Shown: in pieces, positions 31,557-39,743 of the stretch
Layout of the letters: each line of letters begins with the position of its first letter
Position numbering within the stretch: position 1 is the first letter of the stretch
Assembly (NCBI GenBank): GCA_036171275.1
Contig: JAVHQT010000027.1
Coordinates: 13,817 to 77,816, forward strand
DNA from: Gallionellaceae bacterium
GTDB lineage: Bacteria; Pseudomonadota; Gammaproteobacteria; Burkholderiales; Gallionellaceae
Direction of reading: 5' to 3'
Length of the DNA: 64,000 bases
The notes under the pieces: model-generated
Told to the model about the DNA's origin: nothing
Databases searched by the model: none
What the model saw: only the letters and a program-made list of their open reading frames with translations
Made by a program: the position numbers and the translations under genes

Positions 31557-32129
31557 TTAAATTGAATCCGTTCCCGTTCCACCGCTGGCAAACAGCGGTT
31601 GTTTGCTTAATTTGCGTTGCAAGGTTCGCCTGTGCATATTTAACAAGCGCGCGGTAGCGGAAATATTGCCCTGCTGCTCTGCCAAAACGCGGTTGATATG
31701 CTCCCATTCCAACCGTCCAACACACGTCGGTGCTTCAATTAAAGGCAATTGCGCATTGGGCGCACGGTCAAACGCCGCCACAATTTCATCAGCATTGGCG
31801 GGCTTAGCCAAATAGTGCGTTGCGCCTAATTTAATGGCTTCCACGGCAGTGGCAATGCTGGCGTAGCCGGTTAATACCACAATGCGCGTCTCCGAATCTA
31901 AGCCATGCAAGGCCTTAATTAACACCAAGCCGGACGCGCCATTCATTTTTAAATCGACCACTGCGTATTCTGGTGGATTCGCCAAAGCCAAGGGCAAGGC
32001 GTGTTCTACGCTGTGCGCCACCGTTACCACAAAGCCGCGCTTACCCAAGGCTTTTGCCAATACCGTGCAAAACACCGTGTCATCATCGACCAATAATAAA
32101 GTCGTGTCTTCATCAATCAGCAGGCTCAT
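31557..32129 (-). CDS. regA: RegA/PrrA/ActR-family redox response regulator
   Basis: 190 aa. A REC domain is followed by an HTH (NISATARLLNMHRRTLQRKLSK) very close to the invariant RegA helix-turn-helix as I recall it. Confidence 0.8.
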   Translation of the reverse strand: MSLLIDEDTTLLLVDDDTVFCTVLAKALGKRGFVVTVAHSVEHALPLALANPPEYAVVDLKMNGASGLVLIKALHGLDSETRIVVLTGYASIATAVEAIKLGATHYLAKPANADEIVAAFDRAPNAQLPLIEAPTCVGRLEWEHINRVLAEQQGNISATARLLNMHRRTLQRKLSKQPLFASGGTGTDSI

Positions 32130-33445
32130 GCTTGTTTTTCCCGAGGCAACAAAACCTCCGTGGTGGTGCCGCCGCCTTTGCGATTATATAAACGCACATT
32201 ACCGCCCAATTGTTCAATGGTGGCATTGGCTAAAAACAAGCCCAAACCTCTTCCAGACTGTTTTGTGGTAAAAAAAGCAGCGCCTAAATTAGCGGCAACT
32301 TCTGCCGTCAAACCGGTGCCAGCATCTTCAATTTTGAAAATTAACTGCGTCTCGTCCCAGTCCAAATAAAGGTTAATGTCTGCGGGCGACGCATCCGCTG
32401 CGTTATTTAGTACATTTAACAGCGCCGCGCGCAAGGCCGTATTTTGCGGCAATTTCGGTGTAACTCCTTGATTTATATGAATAAAATTATATTTCGCCGT
32501 TGGGCGCAACAACTGCCATTCATCTAAAGTATCGCGCATAAATTGCGTCCAAGATTGTGCTGCTCCGCGCGCGGAATCTTGGGCTTTTGCGAGCAACTTA
32601 TCTAAAATCCGTTTGCAATTGCGCACTTGCCCATCGAGCAAAAGCAAACTGTCGCGCCATTCAGGCAGCGCATCGGTTTCACGTTGCAATTCGCCAATCA
32701 CCACCGACAAGGTCGCCAGTGGTGTGCCCATTTCGTGCGCCGCACTGGCAGCCTGCAAACCCAGCGCCACAATTTGCTCGTTGCGCAAGGTTTTCTCGCG
32801 CACACGCGCTAAAGTTTCGTCGCGCTGCCGCACCGCATTCGCCATTTTCACCACAAAATATGCCACCACGGTTGCGCTAATCACAAAGCCCAACCACATG
32901 CCAAAAATATGGATATTAAACGCATCGGTTGCCGGCATTTCCTGCGCCATAGCAGCGTGATCCATCATTTCATCCATACCGTGATTCGCATGAGAAAGCG
33001 CATTTGGCAGCGGCACATAATATTGCATTAGCAGCGTGTAACAGGTGGTGGTTAGCAGCGCCATTGGCCAAACAAAGCGTGGCGGCAGGCTGGCTGCCGC
33101 AATCACTAAAGGCAATAAATACAAGGAGATAAACGGATTGGTTGAGCCGCCTGAAAAGTACAGCAAGGCGGATAATGCCGCGACATCAGCACATAATTGC
33201 GCAAATAATTCACCGTTTGAAACCGGATAAGTTGAATGCAGGCGCCACCAAGAGAACAAATTAAACGTCGCCAACAGCGCAATCGCGATCATCATTTGCA
33301 GCCAAGGTAAGGTCAGCGCCAAAAAATAATGCACCAACAACAACGTGGCGCATTGAACAAAAATGGCAATCAATCGCAAGGTGATCAGACGTTGCAGCTG
33401 CGCGTGTCCGGTTTGAGTCAATGCAAACGATGAATTCATATACAC
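32126..33445 (-). CDS. regB: RegB/PrrB/ActS-family redox sensor histidine kinase
   Basis: 439 aa with about 6 TM segments. It has the quinone-site heptapeptide GGSTNPF (GGxxNPF), the H-box AAHEMGTPLATL and the redox-box cysteine RNCKR. It overlaps regA by 4 nt. Confidence 0.8.
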   Translation of the reverse strand: MYMNSSFALTQTGHAQLQRLITLRLIAIFVQCATLLLVHYFLALTLPWLQMMIAIALLATFNLFSWWRLHSTYPVSNGELFAQLCADVAALSALLYFSGGSTNPFISLYLLPLVIAAASLPPRFVWPMALLTTTCYTLLMQYYVPLPNALSHANHGMDEMMDHAAMAQEMPATDAFNIHIFGMWLGFVISATVVAYFVVKMANAVRQRDETLARVREKTLRNEQIVALGLQAASAAHEMGTPLATLSVVIGELQRETDALPEWRDSLLLLDGQVRNCKRILDKLLAKAQDSARGAAQSWTQFMRDTLDEWQLLRPTAKYNFIHINQGVTPKLPQNTALRAALLNVLNNAADASPADINLYLDWDETQLIFKIEDAGTGLTAEVAANLGAAFFTTKQSGRGLGLFLANATIEQLGGNVRLYNRKGGGTTTEVLLPREKQA

Positions 33446-33520
33446 CTTGTTTATTTAAGCAGCGCTTCCTAAAAAGATTTAGGGTTTAGTTATTGGCAAT
33501 GCGCCGAGAATCGACGTTTG

Positions 33521-33548
33521 ATTATCGCAGATCAGCCCTTGAAATCAA
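33521..33548 (-). promoter_or_regulatory. Candidate sigma70 promoter for regBA
   Basis: The minus strand reads TTGATT, a 16-nt spacer, then GATAAT. That places the -10 about 75 nt upstream of the regB ATG. Confidence 0.4.
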
Positions 33549-33570
33549 TCGCAAACGCCTTGTTAAGGGT

Positions 33571-33585
33571 GCGACAAAATGCCGC
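33571..33585. promoter_or_regulatory. Candidate RegA/RegR box
   Basis: GCGACAAAATGCCGC was compared with two consensus sequences recalled from memory. Against GNGRCRTTNNGNCGC it mismatches only at TT. Against the Rhodobacter form GYGSSRNNWWNNCGC it has one mismatch. Confidence 0.3.
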
Positions 33586-33623
33586 ATAGGCAACCGATTT
33601 GTTTAGCGATATCGTCTTACCCG

Positions 33624-33691
33624 CCAAGTCGCTCGCCGAGCCGCCGAATCTCCTCCTAGAATTTCTTTCGCCAGCGAGTGACTTGGTTTTT
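33624..33691 (+). terminator. Orphan terminator-like hairpin (13-bp stem, 37-nt loop, T5)
   Basis: ccaagtcgctcgc (33624-36) pairs with gcgagtgacttgg (33674-86) with one G-U pair, followed by ttttt. It lies between divergent promoters, and no annotated plus-strand gene lies upstream of it. Confidence 0.4.
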
Positions 33692-33742
33692 AACTCCCCT
33701 CATCCCTTTCTTTTTTCACCTTTCCCTATTCCCCAAACAGGG

Positions 33743-33778
33743 TTGAATCGCTGAATTATTCAGTGGATAATCGCGCCC
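33743..33778 (+). promoter_or_regulatory. Candidate sigma70 promoter for the rnf operon with a GC-rich discriminator
   Basis: TTGAAT (33743-48), a 17-nt spacer, GATAAT (33766-71), then CGCGCCC. The spacer contains the palindrome ctgaat-t-attcag (33751-63). Confidence 0.5.
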
Positions 33779-33797
33779 TTCGAAAAGGGTCGATCGT

Positions 33798-34373
33798 ATG
33801 ACTGAATATCTGCTAATCCTGGTCAGCACTGTTTTTGTAAACAACATTGTGATGGTCAAAATTCTCGGACTGTGTCCGTTCATGGGCGTTTCCAAAAAAC
33901 TGGAAGCAGCGGTTGGCATGGGCGCGGCAACCACCTTTGTGCTGACATTGGGCTCTGGCGCAAGCTATTTAATTAGCCATTATTTGCTCGGCCCAGATCT
34001 CGCTTATCTCACTACCTTATCGTTTATTGTCGTGATTGCTGGCATTGTGCAATTCACCGAAATGGTGGTGCAAAAAACCAGCCCGTCTTTGTATCAGGTG
34101 CTCGGCATTTATCTGCCGCTGATTACCACCAACTGCGCCGTACTCGGTATCCCTTTGCTAAACGTGCAAGCAAAGCATGATTTTATCGAATCCTTGCTGT
34201 TTGGTTTCGGTGGCTCAATTGGCTTCACCTTAGTCATGGTTTTATTCGCAGGGATTCGCGAACGACTGGAAGGTGCCGACGTTCCCGGCATTTTTAAAGG
34301 CTCGGCCATCGCCTTTATTACAGCGGGTTTAATGAGCTTGTCCTTCATGGGTTTCTCGGGCTTGGTGAAATGA
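33798..34373 (+). CDS. rnfA: Rnf/Rsx electron transport complex subunit A
   Basis: 191 aa polytopic membrane protein. The start [32 protein letters not shown] is typical of RnfA. Confidence 0.93.
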   Translation: MTEYLLILVSTVFVNNIVMVKILGLCPFMGVSKKLEAAVGMGAATTFVLTLGSGASYLISHYLLGPDLAYLTTLSFIVVIAGIVQFTEMVVQKTSPSLYQVLGIYLPLITTNCAVLGIPLLNVQAKHDFIESLLFGFGGSIGFTLVMVLFAGIRERLEGADVPGIFKGSAIAFITAGLMSLSFMGFSGLVK

Positions 34374-34918
34374 TCACCGCCTTGTGGGTTATGGTCAGTA
34401 TCGCCTTATTTCTAGGGGCGGCGCTGGGCTATTCTGCGATCAAGTTCAAAGTTCAAGGCAATCCTTTAGTCGATAAAATCGACGCCGTGTTACCCCAAAC
34501 TCAATGCGGTCAATGCGGCTTTCCTGGCTGCAAACCCTATGCCACGGCGATTGCCTCAGGCGAAGCCCCAATCAATCAATGCCCGCCCGGCGGCGAAGAA
34601 GGCATTCACAAACTAGCCGATTTGCTCGGAAAAGAATTTATTCCCTTTGGCGATGGCGCTGCGCCTAAAGCAAAATCGGTTGCCTTTATCGACGAATCCA
34701 CCTGCATCGGCTGTACTTTATGTATTCAAGCCTGCCCAGTGGATGCCATCGTCGGCGCTGCAAAACAAATTCACACCATCATTGCGCCGCAATGCACCGG
34801 CTGCGAATTATGTCTTGCGCCCTGCCCTGTTGATTGCATTCGCATGGAAGTCATTCCAGAAGAAATTAGCAATTGGAAATGGCGCTATCCGGTAATCCCC
34901 TTAAAGGTGGCAGCATGA
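34370..34918 (+). CDS. rnfB: Rnf complex subunit B (Fe-S)
   Basis: 182 aa. It has an N-terminal TM segment, CGQCGFPGC, and two ferredoxin motifs ([12 protein letters not shown] and [12 protein letters not shown]). Confidence 0.9.
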   Translation: MITALWVMVSIALFLGAALGYSAIKFKVQGNPLVDKIDAVLPQTQCGQCGFPGCKPYATAIASGEAPINQCPPGGEEGIHKLADLLGKEFIPFGDGAAPKAKSVAFIDESTCIGCTLCIQACPVDAIVGAAKQIHTIIAPQCTGCELCLAPCPVDCIRMEVIPEEISNWKWRYPVIPLKVAA

Positions 34919-36501
34919 ACGCGCCTTTTAAATTTCACGGCGGCATTCATCCGCCCACGCACAAAACCGAATCCAATACCCGTCCGATTGCGCTGGCGAA
35001 CTTGCCTGCCAAATTAGTCATTCCCTTGCACCAACATGCTGGCAAGCGCGCCAAACCCTGTGTCAGCGTTGGCGATTACGTCTTAAAAGGACAGAAGATT
35101 GGACGACCAGAAGGTCGCCTATCCAGCGCTGTGCACGCGTCCACTTCAGGCACAGTCACTGCAATTGACAATCAACTAGTTGCCCATCAATCAGGATTAT
35201 CGGATCTTTGCGTCACCCTGATTCCTGACGGTCTAGATCAATGGATCGACCATCACGGTGTCGATTACCAGCACACTGACCACAGCACTTTGCGCCATTT
35301 ATTGCGCCAAGCCGGCGTGGTGGGTTTGGGTGGCGCGACCTTTCCAAGCGACTTAAAGGCGTACGGAAACTCCAATAAAATCAAGTACTTAGTTTTAAAC
35401 GGTGCAGAATGCGAGCCTTATATCACCTGCGATGATTTGCTAATGCGCGAACGCGCAGCCGACATTGTGCGGGGCGCGGAAGTGTTGCGAGAATTATTGT
35501 ATGCAGAAGCAATTTTAATCGGCATTGAAGACAATAAACCTGACGCCATTGCCGCCCTGCAGCAAGCGGTGCACGCCAGTCAACATTCAGCGATTCAGGT
35601 GATCAGCGTGCCGACGATTTACCCTAGCGGTGGCGCGAAACAACTGATTCGCCTCTTAACAGGCATCGAAGTGCCTGCAGGCGTGCGTTCCACCGAGCTT
35701 GGCGTGCAATGCTTTAATGTAGCGACAGCGTACAGCGTTTGGCGCGCCCTTCATTTTGGTGAACCGGTGTTATCACGCATTGTCACCGTCACCGGCAATG
35801 TCGCCCAGCCGCAAAATTTCGAAGTTTTATTGGGAACACCCGTGCAAGATTTAGTCCAGCAAGCTGGCAGCTTGCCTAATACTAACGGGCATATTATGGG
35901 TGGGCCGATGATGGGTGTTTCGCTGCCCTCAGACCAAGTCGGCATCACCAAAGCCACCAACTGTATTATTGAATCATCGCCTACGCTTTTCCCGCCCGCA
36001 GCGCCGACTTTGCCGTGCATTCGTTGCACCCGTTGCGCGGAAGTGTGCCCTGCAGAACTGCAACCGCAAGATTTATATTGGTTTGCCAAAGCCAAAAATT
36101 TTGGCAAAGCCCAAGAATTCCACCTATTCGATTGCATTGAATGTGGTGCATGCGCTTACGTTTGCCCCAGCAACATTCCCTTAGTCACATTTTACCGTTT
36201 TGCCAAAAGCGAAATTTCCGAACGCGAACGTGAAACGCAAGCCGCTGAACAAGCGCGCGAACGGCACGAATTCCGGCAATTGCGCATCGAGCGCGAGAAA
36301 CAGGAGAAAGCCGAAAAATTAGCGCAAAAAGAAAAAGCCGCAGAAACTGCTAAATTAGCGGCACTGGTCACGGCGAATACCGAAGAAATTGATCCTGACG
36401 AAGCCATTCAACAGCGCATTGATGCCGCACTAGCACGCGCCAAAGAACACGCCGCGATCAACACAGCACCCAATCCTGCGTCTCAATCTACCGAACCGTA
36501 A
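34915..36501 (+). CDS. rnfC: Rnf complex subunit C
   Basis: The conserved start [14 protein letters not shown] is at the ATG at 34915, overlapping the rnfB stop by ATGA. It has two 4Fe-4S motifs ([12 protein letters not shown] and [12 protein letters not shown]) and a charged low-complexity C-terminus. Confidence 0.9.
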   Translation: MNAPFKFHGGIHPPTHKTESNTRPIALANLPAKLVIPLHQHAGKRAKPCVSVGDYVLKGQKIGRPEGRLSSAVHASTSGTVTAIDNQLVAHQSGLSDLCVTLIPDGLDQWIDHHGVDYQHTDHSTLRHLLRQAGVVGLGGATFPSDLKAYGNSNKIKYLVLNGAECEPYITCDDLLMRERAADIVRGAEVLRELLYAEAILIGIEDNKPDAIAALQQAVHASQHSAIQVISVPTIYPSGGAKQLIRLLTGIEVPAGVRSTELGVQCFNVATAYSVWRALHFGEPVLSRIVTVTGNVAQPQNFEVLLGTPVQDLVQQAGSLPNTNGHIMGGPMMGVSLPSDQVGITKATNCIIESSPTLFPPAAPTLPCIRCTRCAEVCPAELQPQDLYWFAKAKNFGKAQEFHLFDCIECGACAYVCPSNIPLVTFYRFAKSEISERERETQAAEQARERHEFRQLRIEREKQEKAEKLAQKEKAAETAKLAALVTANTEEIDPDEAIQQRIDAALARAKEHAAINTAPNPASQSTEP

Positions 36502-36507
36502 CTCACT

Positions 36508-37536
36508 ATGTGGCTTTCTCCTTTTATCACTCGATCCTCCAGCGTCAGTGCAATCATGCTCAAAGTTTTGCTGGCGCTTATTCCTGGCATAGCCTTGTAT
36601 GTTTGGTATTTCGGCCCAGCCATTTTGGTCTCGTTGACCTTAGCTTCACTGACCGCGTTAGCCACCGAAGCGGCGATGTTGCATTTGCGGCAGCGCCCGC
36701 TCAAGCCCTTTTTATCTGATAACAGCGCCTTGCTGACTGCTTGGCTGCTGGCCTTATCGATTCCGCCACTTGCACCTTGGTGGTTGATCGTAGTCGGCAC
36801 CGCATTTTCAATTGCCGTTTCCAAACATTTGTATGGTGGCTTAGGCAGCAACCCCTTTAATCCCGCGATGATTGGTTATGCGGTGCTGATCATTTCTTTC
36901 CCCGTGCATATGACGCACTGGCTCAGTCCACACGCGATGGGCGGAGCAGAACTAGATTTGCTCGAACAACTCAACTACATTTTTAACGGGGTGTTGCCGC
37001 ACGGTTTCACCCTAGATGCCGTCACCATGGCGACGCCGCTAGACACGCTAAAAACCCAATTGCATCTTGGTTTATCAGTAGGCGAAATTAAAAATATGCC
37101 GATTTATGGACGTTTAGCCGGCAAAGGCAGCGAAATGGTTGCGCTCGGTTTTGCCATTGGCGGGCTCTATTTATTGTGGAATCGAATCATTACCTGGCAT
37201 TTACCGCTGGTGTATCTAGGCACTTTGTTCCTCACCGCCGAAGTGTTTCACTTAATTGATCCGACTCACTACATCACGCCCTTATTCCACTGGTTTTCAG
37301 GTGCAGCGATGATTGGCGCATTCTTTATTTTGACCGATCCCGTCACCTCCCCTACCACCGCCAAAGGAAAATTTATTTTTGCCGCCTGCGCTGGTTTATT
37401 AACCTATTTAATTCGCGTCTTCGGTGGCTTCCCCGATGGCATGGCGTTCGCCACATTGCTGATGAATATCTGCGTACCGCTGATTGATGCGTGGACACAA
37501 CCTAAGGTATTTGGCCAAAAAGGAGTGAAGAAATGA
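36508..37536 (+). CDS. rnfD: Rnf complex subunit D
   Basis: 342 aa polytopic protein with the FMN-attachment region FILTDPVTSPTT. Confidence 0.9.
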   Translation: MWLSPFITRSSSVSAIMLKVLLALIPGIALYVWYFGPAILVSLTLASLTALATEAAMLHLRQRPLKPFLSDNSALLTAWLLALSIPPLAPWWLIVVGTAFSIAVSKHLYGGLGSNPFNPAMIGYAVLIISFPVHMTHWLSPHAMGGAELDLLEQLNYIFNGVLPHGFTLDAVTMATPLDTLKTQLHLGLSVGEIKNMPIYGRLAGKGSEMVALGFAIGGLYLLWNRIITWHLPLVYLGTLFLTAEVFHLIDPTHYITPLFHWFSGAAMIGAFFILTDPVTSPTTAKGKFIFAACAGLLTYLIRVFGGFPDGMAFATLLMNICVPLIDAWTQPKVFGQKGVKK

Positions 37537-38171
37537 AGCGACTTGCCCGCGCCAGTATTCAATCCGCCATCAATCTAGGGGCATTCGCCATCGTAGGCAC
37601 CGCTATTTTAGCGTCGACTTTTTTCTTAACGCACGGTGAAATCGTTAGAAGCGAACAGGCTGAAAAACTTAAGCTCATTACGCAAATTGTTCCTAAGTCA
37701 TTATTTAATAACGATATTATGCACGACGTTCTAGCTATTTCTCCCTCTGCTTTATTGGGCACAGAAGAGAACACCACGGCGTATCGCGCACGACTAGATG
37801 GTCAACCTGCAGCAGTGATTTTAGAAGCCATTGCGCCGGATGGTTACAGCGGCAAAATTTCACTGATTTTAGCGGTGCGCGCCAATGGCGAATTAGCTGG
37901 GGTGCGCGTCATTTCGCATAAAGAAACGCCAGGACTGGGCGATTACATCGAACTGCCCAAAAGCCCTTGGATTAAAGGTTTCGATGGCAAAGCCCGCCAA
38001 GCCGAAAAAGACGGTGCGTGGAAAGTCAAAAAAGACGGCGGACAATTTGATTACATGGCGGGCGCAACGATTACGCCCCGTGCTGTGATTAAAGCCACCC
38101 ACAAGGTTTTGCTGTATTTCGCTGAAAATCGCGCGCAATTATTTGCTGATCCCGTTACAAAATTGAAATAG
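37533..38171 (+). CDS. rnfG: Rnf complex subunit G
   Basis: 212 aa. It has one N-terminal TM segment and the FMN-binding motifs ETPGLGD and GATITPRAV. Confidence 0.88.
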   Translation: MKRLARASIQSAINLGAFAIVGTAILASTFFLTHGEIVRSEQAEKLKLITQIVPKSLFNNDIMHDVLAISPSALLGTEENTTAYRARLDGQPAAVILEAIAPDGYSGKISLILAVRANGELAGVRVISHKETPGLGDYIELPKSPWIKGFDGKARQAEKDGAWKVKKDGGQFDYMAGATITPRAVIKATHKVLLYFAENRAQLFADPVTKLK

Positions 38172-38180
38172 GAGACCGAA

Positions 38181-38885
38181 ATGAACCTGCAAGAATACAA
38201 AGAGATTTTTTACAATGGCGTTTGGAAACAAAACACCGGTGTAGTTCAACTGCTCGGCTTATGCCCAATTTTGGCGGTCAGTAGCTCAGTGGTCAACGCC
38301 GTCAGTCTTGGTCTCGCCACCGCTATCGTCATGGCATTGAGCGGCGCCGCCATTGCACCGATTCGCAGTTTTGTACCCAATGAAATTCGTATTCCGGTGT
38401 TCATTTTAATCATCGCCGTCCTCGTCACGGTTGTGCAATATCTGATGAATGCTTATCTGTACAATTTGTATATTGTGCTCGGTATTTTTATACCTTTAAT
38501 TGTCACCAACTGCATTGTATTGGCTCGGATAGAAGCCTTCGCCTCGAAAAATCCCCCACTGGCGTCAGCGTTAGATGGCTTTGCTATGGGCATGGGACTG
38601 ACGGCAGTGCTGGCCATTTTGGGCGGAATGCGCGAAATTGTCGGGCATGGCACCTTACTTTCCGGCATTGATTTAGCCTTAGGAGAATCGACCAAAAGTT
38701 GGGTGATTCACGTCATTCCTGAGTATCACGGATTCTTATTAGCGATTTTGCCACCGGGCGCATTTATCGGACTAGGCTGCTTAATTGCCGGTAAAAATTG
38801 GCTAAACTTGCGCGCAGAACGCAAAACCAACGCTGCCAAAAATAATTCGCTTCCACTATCTGGCGGTGCATTAGCTGCCCACTAA
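38181..38885 (+). CDS. rnfE: Rnf complex subunit E
   Basis: 234 aa, a paralogue of RnfA, with NTGVVQLLGLCPILAVS. Confidence 0.9.
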   Translation: MNLQEYKEIFYNGVWKQNTGVVQLLGLCPILAVSSSVVNAVSLGLATAIVMALSGAAIAPIRSFVPNEIRIPVFILIIAVLVTVVQYLMNAYLYNLYIVLGIFIPLIVTNCIVLARIEAFASKNPPLASALDGFAMGMGLTAVLAILGGMREIVGHGTLLSGIDLALGESTKSWVIHVIPEYHGFLLAILPPGAFIGLGCLIAGKNWLNLRAERKTNAAKNNSLPLSGGALAAH

Positions 38886-38959
38886 GCAGCAAATTCCTGA
38901 TTTGATGCGGAAATAGCCTTGCCTAAGTACATGATTATAAAAGATTTTTTGAAAGCATC

Positions 38960-39598
38960 ATGAACACAACTCAGCGCCGCGAAATTTTTCAGCGACTGCA
39001 AGCTGCCAATCCGCAACCCAAACCCGAGTTGGAATTTAAATCCCCGTTTGAATTACTAATGGCCGTTGTGCTGTCGGCGCAAGCCACCGACCGCAGCGTC
39101 AATGCAGCAACACGATCACTTTTCCCCATCGCCAACACCCCGCAAGCCCTACTCGACTTGGGTGAAGAAGCGCTGCGTGGCTATATTCAACGCATCGGTT
39201 TGTATCAAACCAAAGCAAAACACCTTATCCAAACTTGCCAATTATTACTGGAAAAGCACGATGGAGAAGTCCCACAAACACGGGAAGCGCTCGAAGCGTT
39301 ACCCGGCGTGGGGCGCAAAACAGCCAACGTCGTGCTGAATACCGCCTTCGGTCAAGCCACGATTGCTGTGGACACCCACTTGTTTCGCCTTGCGAATCGC
39401 ACGGGTCTTGCTCCTGGCAAAAATGTGCGCGCAGTGGAAGATAAATTATTCACTAACGTCCCCACTGAATTTAAATTAAATGCACATCACTGGCTAATTT
39501 TGCACGGACGCTATATTTGCAAAGCCAGAAAACCGAAATGCAATCAATGTGTTATAGAAAATCTCTGCGAATTCAAAGAAAAAGTCTTTTCAAACTAA
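38960..39598 (+). CDS. nth: Endonuclease III
   Basis: 212 aa, with the HhH-GPD motif LPGVGRKTANVVL and the Fe-S cluster motif C..ARKPKCNQCVIENLC. Confidence 0.95.
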   Translation: MNTTQRREIFQRLQAANPQPKPELEFKSPFELLMAVVLSAQATDRSVNAATRSLFPIANTPQALLDLGEEALRGYIQRIGLYQTKAKHLIQTCQLLLEKHDGEVPQTREALEALPGVGRKTANVVLNTAFGQATIAVDTHLFRLANRTGLAPGKNVRAVEDKLFTNVPTEFKLNAHHWLILHGRYICKARKPKCNQCVIENLCEFKEKVFSN

Positions 39599-39743
39599 AT
39601 GGATGGGAAACGGGTTATCTCTATTTTCACCTCGGTGCGGGCAACCCTCTCGACCGCAGCCCTTCTCTTGAAGCGGTGGGGTGGACTGGACGCGGAGTTG
39701 TAGCCCCGTGCGGGTGCACCCAGGATCAACTCAATCGGTGTTT

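Noticed and set aside
39660-39725. Possible tRNA or tRNA fragment in the GC-rich nth / RND spacer
   Set aside because: I found no T-loop (GTTCRANYC) or D-loop signature, and no cloverleaf could be drawn.
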